Positions 55,284 through 64,000 of a DNA stretch of 64,000 nt are shown here, in pieces. The notes beneath the pieces were generated by a model. The model made no database searches, had not been told where the DNA came from, and was given only the letters and a program-made list of their open reading frames with translations. The stretch's first letter is position 1; every line of letters begins with the position of its first letter. The DNA is taken from positions 248,186,001 to 248,250,000 of the forward strand of contig OZ024742.1 of assembly GCA_964016885.1 (NCBI GenBank). Direction: 5' to 3'. Made by a program: the position numbers and the translations under genes. This DNA is from Eledone cirrhosa (taxonomy: Eukaryota).

Positions 55284-56641
55284 CTGTAAAAGAGACGTTA
55301 GAACTTTATTTTTAACATTGATTAAAGTGTAAAGCAATGCAGAGCCCTATCTCACATAAACCGACATTACATATACTTTACAAGAACTCACATCATATGA
55401 GTTTACCTTATAAATATCTACAATCACTCTCATACAAACATACTCACATACATCTGTACCCTACAGGATTACTAATTATATAACATGGATCTAAACAACT
55501 ACAGCATCAACAATAACAAGTGATTCCGCAGAAATGTTAGAGCATAATGCGTTAAATATTCCAGCTTCGCCACACTGGGTCCAAACCATTCCAAGGTCAA
55601 TTTTGCCTTTAATCCTTCGAACGTCAATAACATGCGATAAGTCAGGCTTTATTAAGTGTGTTTATATGTATGTGTGAATATGGGAATTGTGTGTGTATTT
55701 GCCTTCAGTTGATGCTGAAATCTGAAACGGCGTGAAATCCTGCCAGTGGATTAGGAGACACTTAAAAGCATCTGATGCAATTAGTTTCGAACTTTTGCGT
55801 TCTGATTTCAAATGTTGCCATAGGTATTTGTCTGAATCAGTAGTCCATATTAACACCACTGCCATATTACCACCTTTGCAAACTTCCTAGCCATGTATAT
55901 AGTTGGAGGATAAGTTATGAATATGTACAATCATACTTCACAAACATCTGTAGCCTATTGGATTTCTCCCTCTCACTGGTCAACGAGGCACCTCAGAATA
56001 ATCATGGAAGCGGTTTGTTTTTTTCACGATCTAAATCGTAAATAAATCATCAGGAGTAGCAACGTCATAGTTGCTATTAGATAGATTGTTGCAAGTTCAT
56101 CTCCAACGTGACATTATCAATAACAGTAATAAGTGAATGGAAATGTATTCAATATTACATAACGTAACGAATGGGGATTCAAGTGTAATTTTAATTCACA
56201 TCAATATTTATAGTAACATCCTGTATTCCTGCTCTGCGTCGTCGTAGTCAAACACAAAATGGCGGTGAAGTTATTTTGCGCTATTATAGTGCATTCATTT
56301 GTAATTCTCAGCTTCAGGTTGCAACCATTGATAACATGATTCAAGTTTTGTATTCCGGCATGAACATATTTTGTGGGTGATGTTTGTTGTTACATGTTTG
56401 TTGTTTGTTGTTAAGGTTTTGTATGCATCTGTATATGCAGATGTATATGCATCCATATTTGTCAATATTTAGCAGTTCGCTAACACATTTACGCACACAC
56501 ACAGTTATACATAAATACGTCAACATAGAATTACATTCTCTCATATTCGAGTAATTCTGGAAAAGAACATATATATTTTTAACAAATATACATATACACA
56601 TAAATACACACACAAGCTTATATATATATATAAGCACACAC

Positions 56642-56700
<59 letters not shown>

Positions 56701-56767
56701 CATAGATACATACATACACACATTCGTACATACATACAACTATAATTACAAACACATATATACATAC

Positions 56768-56910
<143 letters not shown>

Positions 56911-56917
56911 CATACCC

Positions 56918-57020
<103 letters not shown>

Positions 57021-57667
57021 TTGTGTGTGTTTGGGCGTGTGGGCATGTGTATGTCTACACATACAAACATTCTTACATACAATCTACCTCTCACACATAT
57101 ATACATTCCTTTTCTCGTAATGAAAATTAAATAATAAAAAGACCACGGGGAAGTTTACAAATTTTGAGTAACATCAAGGGAAACCTTTAAGTGAATCTAC
57201 AGTTGCTATAATTGAGCTGAAGCGAATTTTCGTTCGTTTTTAATCCCACGTTACAATGTCTTTCTAATCAATTCGTTGTTACATTTTTTCTACTTTTACT
57301 ATCACACCGCCATATTGTTTGTATATCTTTTTGTATTTTACTGCTTAATTATTTCCCCTTTGTCGTCATCTTTTCGTTTCACACTTCCAGTCTAAAAGCA
57401 AGCTATTGCTGTGCCTTTGTACAAACTCATGCATACATTATTTCTATTCATGTATGTGTGCACATATATACAGGTATTTCTTTCCCCTTTTCTTTCTCTT
57501 TCTTTCTCATATATTTATATACACACACATGTGTATATGTATATATATATATATATATATAAATGTGTGAGTGTATATGTATATACATATATATATATAT
57601 TCATTAAAAGATACATATGCATATACATATATATGTATACATATATAACAATAACAAAAATATATGC

Positions 57668-57732
<65 letters not shown>

Positions 57733-57819
57733 TAAAAAATAAACACACACACACACATATGTATATATATATATATATATATGCATCATCATTCCATCTA
57801 TCTATCTATATATCTATCT

Positions 57820-57925
<106 letters not shown>

Positions 57926-58398
57926 ATGAAATAAGAATTCTGCCAACTACACGTATGTATGTGTATGTTAAAGATATGCACATCTTCTTATATAAATATA
58001 ATTTAAAAATTTGAAGATAATACTCTTAAAATACTCACATTTGTACGTGTGATTGGCAGGGTTCTTATTTCATCTATACGTCAGTATATATATATATATA
58101 TGATTGTCTATTTCACTCTATGCTTGGTTCTTCCGTTTGTATCACTGTTCTAACTACATGATTTACTCAGGAACTCAACTATCGAGTTAATGCTCTACTC
58201 AAACTAACATATATATATATACACACACATATATTCGCATATATACATGCAGTTATAACATTAGAACAGATGTTCAAAATATAGCATAGTTCGTAAAACA
58301 TTGAAACAATATATATATATATACAGATATATATATACTGTTGGCTTTTTGCTACAATATTTTCTATACCTTTCATTTATATATATATATCCAAGCAA

Positions 58399-58434
<36 letters not shown>

Positions 58435-58730
58435 GTATATACACCCCCCCCACACATATATATATATATATATATATATGTAAAGCAAGAACACGAGAAT
58501 TGCAAGCATCGTGTTTTTTTGTAAAAGGACAAAACGTTCGAAAGCTTCACGTTAATGGCTCGTAATTATAGTAGATAAATTTGAAACACTCAATATCATA
58601 CGTTTAGAACGTGATATTGAATACATGTACGGTTGTACCGGCAACATTCTACAATACTTTCAAATGCCCCCATATAAATATATATATATATATATATAAA
58701 GATATGTATATATATATATATATATATATA

Positions 58731-58796
<66 letters not shown>

Positions 58797-58935
58797 ATAC
58801 AACCATTGGTATATGTACTTATACATATATAAGTGTGTGTGTGCGTGTATGTGTGTGCATGTGTGTCTGTGAATACTTGTGAAGACAATGGTCGTTAAAT
58901 GTGATTATATATATATATAAATATATATAAATATA

Positions 58936-59077
<142 letters not shown>

Positions 59078-59369
59078 TAGATATATATATATTCATATGC
59101 ACGAATGTTTCTGTATCAGACGGGTTCCTGTTATATACTATGCCGATGTATGTGATGATTTAGCAGTATACAGATATGTTTCTTCTTCTTCTTCTTCTTC
59201 TTCTTCTTCTTCTTCTTCTTCTTCTTCTTCTTCTTCTTCTTCTTCTTCTTCCTAATGATTGTCATATTGTGGCTTTCGTAACTAAATATCCTTTCAGTTT
59301 TATGTTATTATTTTTTTAAATGTTTTTATATATTAATTATTATTTCCCTCATTATCAGTATATCCCTTA

Positions 59370-59997
59370 CGAAGGAAAGTAAAATTTCATCTGCATTCTT
59401 CTTTTTCCTATTTATTTATACAAAAGCAGGGGTTACATCTCTACGTAATATTTTTACATCATCTCCTTCCGTTTGGATGAGCATGATGCAACGGTACTCA
59501 AGCTTGCGTACTCCCTCCAAGAAGAATATTTTCGCCTGGCCCATTTATGCACCGCTTCCTCCCACAGATTTCCTGGATGAATTGATATGCAGAACCATGA
59601 ATTATCTGCAGAGAACATCGCCCGAGCTTTCTTGTCAGTGGTGGAGGACCTGCTCCTTCTTCGTTCCCCATGCTTCTCCGGCACATTTAAACTTCTCGAT
59701 CCACTCATACAGAGTTCTACGCGGTACTGCACTGTCACCGTTTTGTGTTAAACGCCTCCGATGAATTTCAGACCTTATCGAATCGGAACACATCTCTCTA
59801 ACTATCCTTGGTGCACACTCCTGGCGGAGCGGCCATATTTCACTTTAACACCAGTAAGAAAATTGGCGTGATGAAGCTCAACTTTCAATCTCCTGAGCAC
59901 AGTGGTACCAACTACAAGCATTCATGAGAAGAAGGCATTCTGACAAACCTAATGATATGCTATGGCGAAAGTGCGAATAACTTTTAATTTACCCTCG
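59370..59997 (-). mobile_element. Internally deleted mariner transposon
   Basis: TA-flanked diverged TIRs (CGAAGGAAAGTAAAA / TTTTAATTTACCCTCG); MAAP..VCTK, SEIHRR..GDSAVPRRTLYEWIEKFK, EEGAG, FFLEGVRKLEYRC. Confidence 0.85.
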
Positions 59998-60193
59998 TAT
60001 ATACATTCACGGGTTTTACAGTCACTACTCACTTGAATATATCGCAATCAATCCATCAACTCTAGACGTCTAAACATATTTAACTGTCACTAAGCATAGA
60101 AACACATGTACACAAACATACACATATACATAAGCCCGTAAACACCCGCATACAATTACACACACACACATATATGTATATACATATATATAT

Positions 60194-60321
<128 letters not shown>

Positions 60322-60381
60322 TAAAATAAATAACAACAAGAAGGAGCACATGTGTATATATATCTATATATTTATATATAT

Positions 60382-61286
<905 letters not shown>

Positions 61287-62509
61287 ACCTTATATAGAAA
61301 GGCTTCTATATAATTAGAACTATTTTATTGGTATGAAATCATCAGGAATGCATAAAACAGGAGTGAATGCTTAAAGAAAATTCAGATGTTTTTGGGGGAG
61401 TCTAGCTACCAAGTATATATCTCTTTCGCCTATAAATAGAAACATATACATACATTACACACTAGGGATGTGTGGGAGAATTGGCTGCTATATCTGTAAT
61501 GTACCCCAGTCATTAGTATAGTTGGTCTCTTTGATCAATCTCATTATTTGATAGATTATTATTATATTGTTTATTGATACGGCTACTAATCCCTCATGAT
61601 CACATTGATAGCAATATAAGTCATTTGTGAACCGATGTTTACAACACTCACTCACAACTATTCTCGTTATTACAATCTTTTAATGGCGGCTGTCCTTTTA
61701 AGCAACTTCCTTTTAGCGGATGTAATCAGTTACTCTAAAGAAAGAAGCTGAATATTTTTCAATTAGTTCATAGGAAGTTGTATTATGTAGTGGGCAAATG
61801 GTGGACTTTTTTCCTTCCTTTCGTTTTATTTTTTTCAACTGAAAACTTTTCAAATTATCTTCTGGTCTAAAGAATATTTTCGATATTTTTTGCGCTTCAT
61901 TTTAGTTTTTCTTTAGTTTTTCTACGTTATATTATAACTTCTTAAGCTGTTGTTGTTTTTTTTTTTGTCTTAAACCATTAACAATATTTCATTTAATAAT
62001 AGTTGTAGAGAATATTGGAAAGTCTCTTTAGTATCAAAGGTGAAACTAACGCCAGAATATTCCGTCGAAACGCAAAATTCAGTAAGAGGCCATTTTCTGT
62101 TTATCTTGAAGACTTTTCACCTTGTTCAAATATTTAATCAAGAAATTGTCGATTTTTTGCCGAGTTGAAAGGAAACCCAGAAAACACCAGCAACATTTTT
62201 AAAATAGAAACAATAAAAATAATAATAAATATAAATACATAAAATAAAAGAAAAGAAATAATCATAATTTGTTTCCTTCACATAATATTATTTATAAAAA
62301 TTTTCTTTTGTTTCTTTCCTGAATTTATAAGAAACGAAATCAATAACGATATTATTTGATGTAAATTTTAAAAAAAAGCTACATTTATCAAAATTGTTAA
62401 ACAGTTCATCATTTCTTTTAAATACCAAAAAAATAAAAGAGAGACAAAGACTAAAAAAAACTATTTCAGATTTTGTCATATTGTTACCATAATAGTATAA
62501 TGAAGACGC

Positions 62510-62554
<45 letters not shown>

Positions 62555-62966
62555 AGACGATGATGATGATGATGATGATGGGGATGATGATAATAATAAT
62601 AATAATGCTATTATTATTGCGGCAGTAATTATTCATTCCAGACATGTTCCAATTAATAAAATATAATCACAACAAGTTTTCACGTGAGAAAACAAAACAA
62701 AACATAAGAGGTAATTTATATCCATATATGAATATAATAAAGAAGCCCATTCGTCAAGTTATGGCAATTGAAATCTATTGTCAACACTGAATGAATTACA
62801 ATGTTTTTATATTGGAATGTCGTTTGTGTATAAAGTGCCTCGAAACGAAACATCGTTTATATATATAGAGATAGTTAGATATAAATAATATACATATATA
62901 CATATATATATTCATATGTATATATGTATGTATCTATCAATCTATCTATCTATCTATCTATCTAGA

Positions 62967-63025
<59 letters not shown>

Positions 63026-63059
63026 CTTTGATAACTTTGATAGGTTTCTATTAATAGCA

Positions 63060-63290
63060 CCACCTGGCGAAGTCTTACAAATCAGTGTTTGGGTACCATG
63101 GCCCACTCGAGCAGAGAGTTATTGTTTACGGAGGCATATCCGGGTGTAGGAGGCTTATCCGGGATTTATTGAAGGCATTTATCCAAAGACTTCTTCAACT
63201 TGATGGGGTCTGTCTCTGCTTTGATGTGTTTTGGTGTAATGTTAAAGAGTGCAGGGCCAATTGAGGTGAAATAATTGTACCGTATTGTTA
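63060..63290 (-). mobile_element. CR1-group LINE 3' fragment
   Basis: NYFTSIGPALFNITPK..KLKKSLDKCLQ*IPDKP..NNSL, similar to the C-terminus at 14900-15090. Confidence 0.7.
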
Positions 63291-63611
63291 TATTATATAG
63301 AAGTGGTTACACAACAGTTAGTTCACCATACCTAGAACAATTGTTTCACCTTAGCGGATACTCAGCTCGTAATGTATGTATCTATGTATATATATATATA
63401 TATATATATATGTCTGTGATATGTGTCGTCTAGTCCTCATACAAATGTTAATTAGTTAAACTCATATCACTATCTGAAGAGAAGTGAAAACATAGATGGG
63501 GCACTTTTGATTTATCTATAACCATAGAATCATAACAACTGTATTTAAGTTGAAAAGTTACATGAAGGACAAAACACTAGATTGAAATTGTAAACTGATT
63601 TATTATCCCTG

Positions 63612-63647
<36 letters not shown>

Positions 63648-63651
<4 letters not shown>

Positions 63652-63810
63652 ATTGTATAGAAGGAGCTTCTACAGGACTAGTACTGTTTCATTCAGATGA
63701 AACAGTACTAGTCCTGTAGAAGCTCCTTCTATACAATAAAAAAAGTTTACTCTGCCATGTATTGAGTACCTTACTTACTGTGGTTATCTCCGACTCAACC
63801 CGGGACCTAC

Positions 63811-63811
<1 letters not shown>
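63648..63811 (+). mobile_element. Penelope pLTR 3' half in (TA)n with a perfect 45-bp-arm hairpin (63648-63692 / 63697-63741)
   Basis: GAAACAG-TACTAGTC-CTG-TA-GAAGCT (HHR 3' half) in both arms; tail GTATTGAGTACCTTACTTACTGTGGTTATCTCC..CCCGGG matches the pLTR at 46258-46320. Confidence 0.85.
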
Positions 63812-63909
<98 letters not shown>

Positions 63910-64000
63910 AGACAGACAGAGAAAAGAAGATAATACGAATTAGTTTCAGATGTTACTGTTTTTTATTGATAAGGCTGTGATTAATATTACAATGACGACA

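Noticed and set aside
58585-58640. Hairpin TCAATATCA..TGATATTGA between TA tracts as an HHR
   Set aside because: Catalytic core nucleotides are absent

Overview
AT-rich, gene-poor animal genomic DNA, most likely cephalopod (Octopus-like, inferred from the SINE families and the extreme (TA)n/(CA)n/(GA)n/(AAT)n/(GATA)n load). Almost all listed ORFs are microsatellite translations. No intact host gene was recognised; there is at most a weak candidate exon near 54.8-55.3 kb. The window is a retroelement graveyard: R4/Dong 3' ends in (AAT)n, Tx1-like ends in (GATA)n, CR1-group, RTE and CRE-like LINE fragments, many tRNA-derived SINEs, two mariner relics, a non-autonomous Helitron, and a frameshifted Penelope-like element (RT + GIY-YIG, Naiad-like). 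The main discovery is an RNA-level system. More than ten type-I hammerhead ribozyme (HHR) motifs, intact to degenerate, sit in short Penelope-derived modules in or beside (TA)n tracts. These include (i) a young 3.1 x 591-bp tandem retrozyme-like array whose HHR has a covariant U3-A8 core and whose 5' end maps 1 nt from the predicted cleavage site, and (ii) several fold-back insertions, two with complete HHRs on both strands. All ribozyme structures were read by eye and are predictions, not demonstrated activities.
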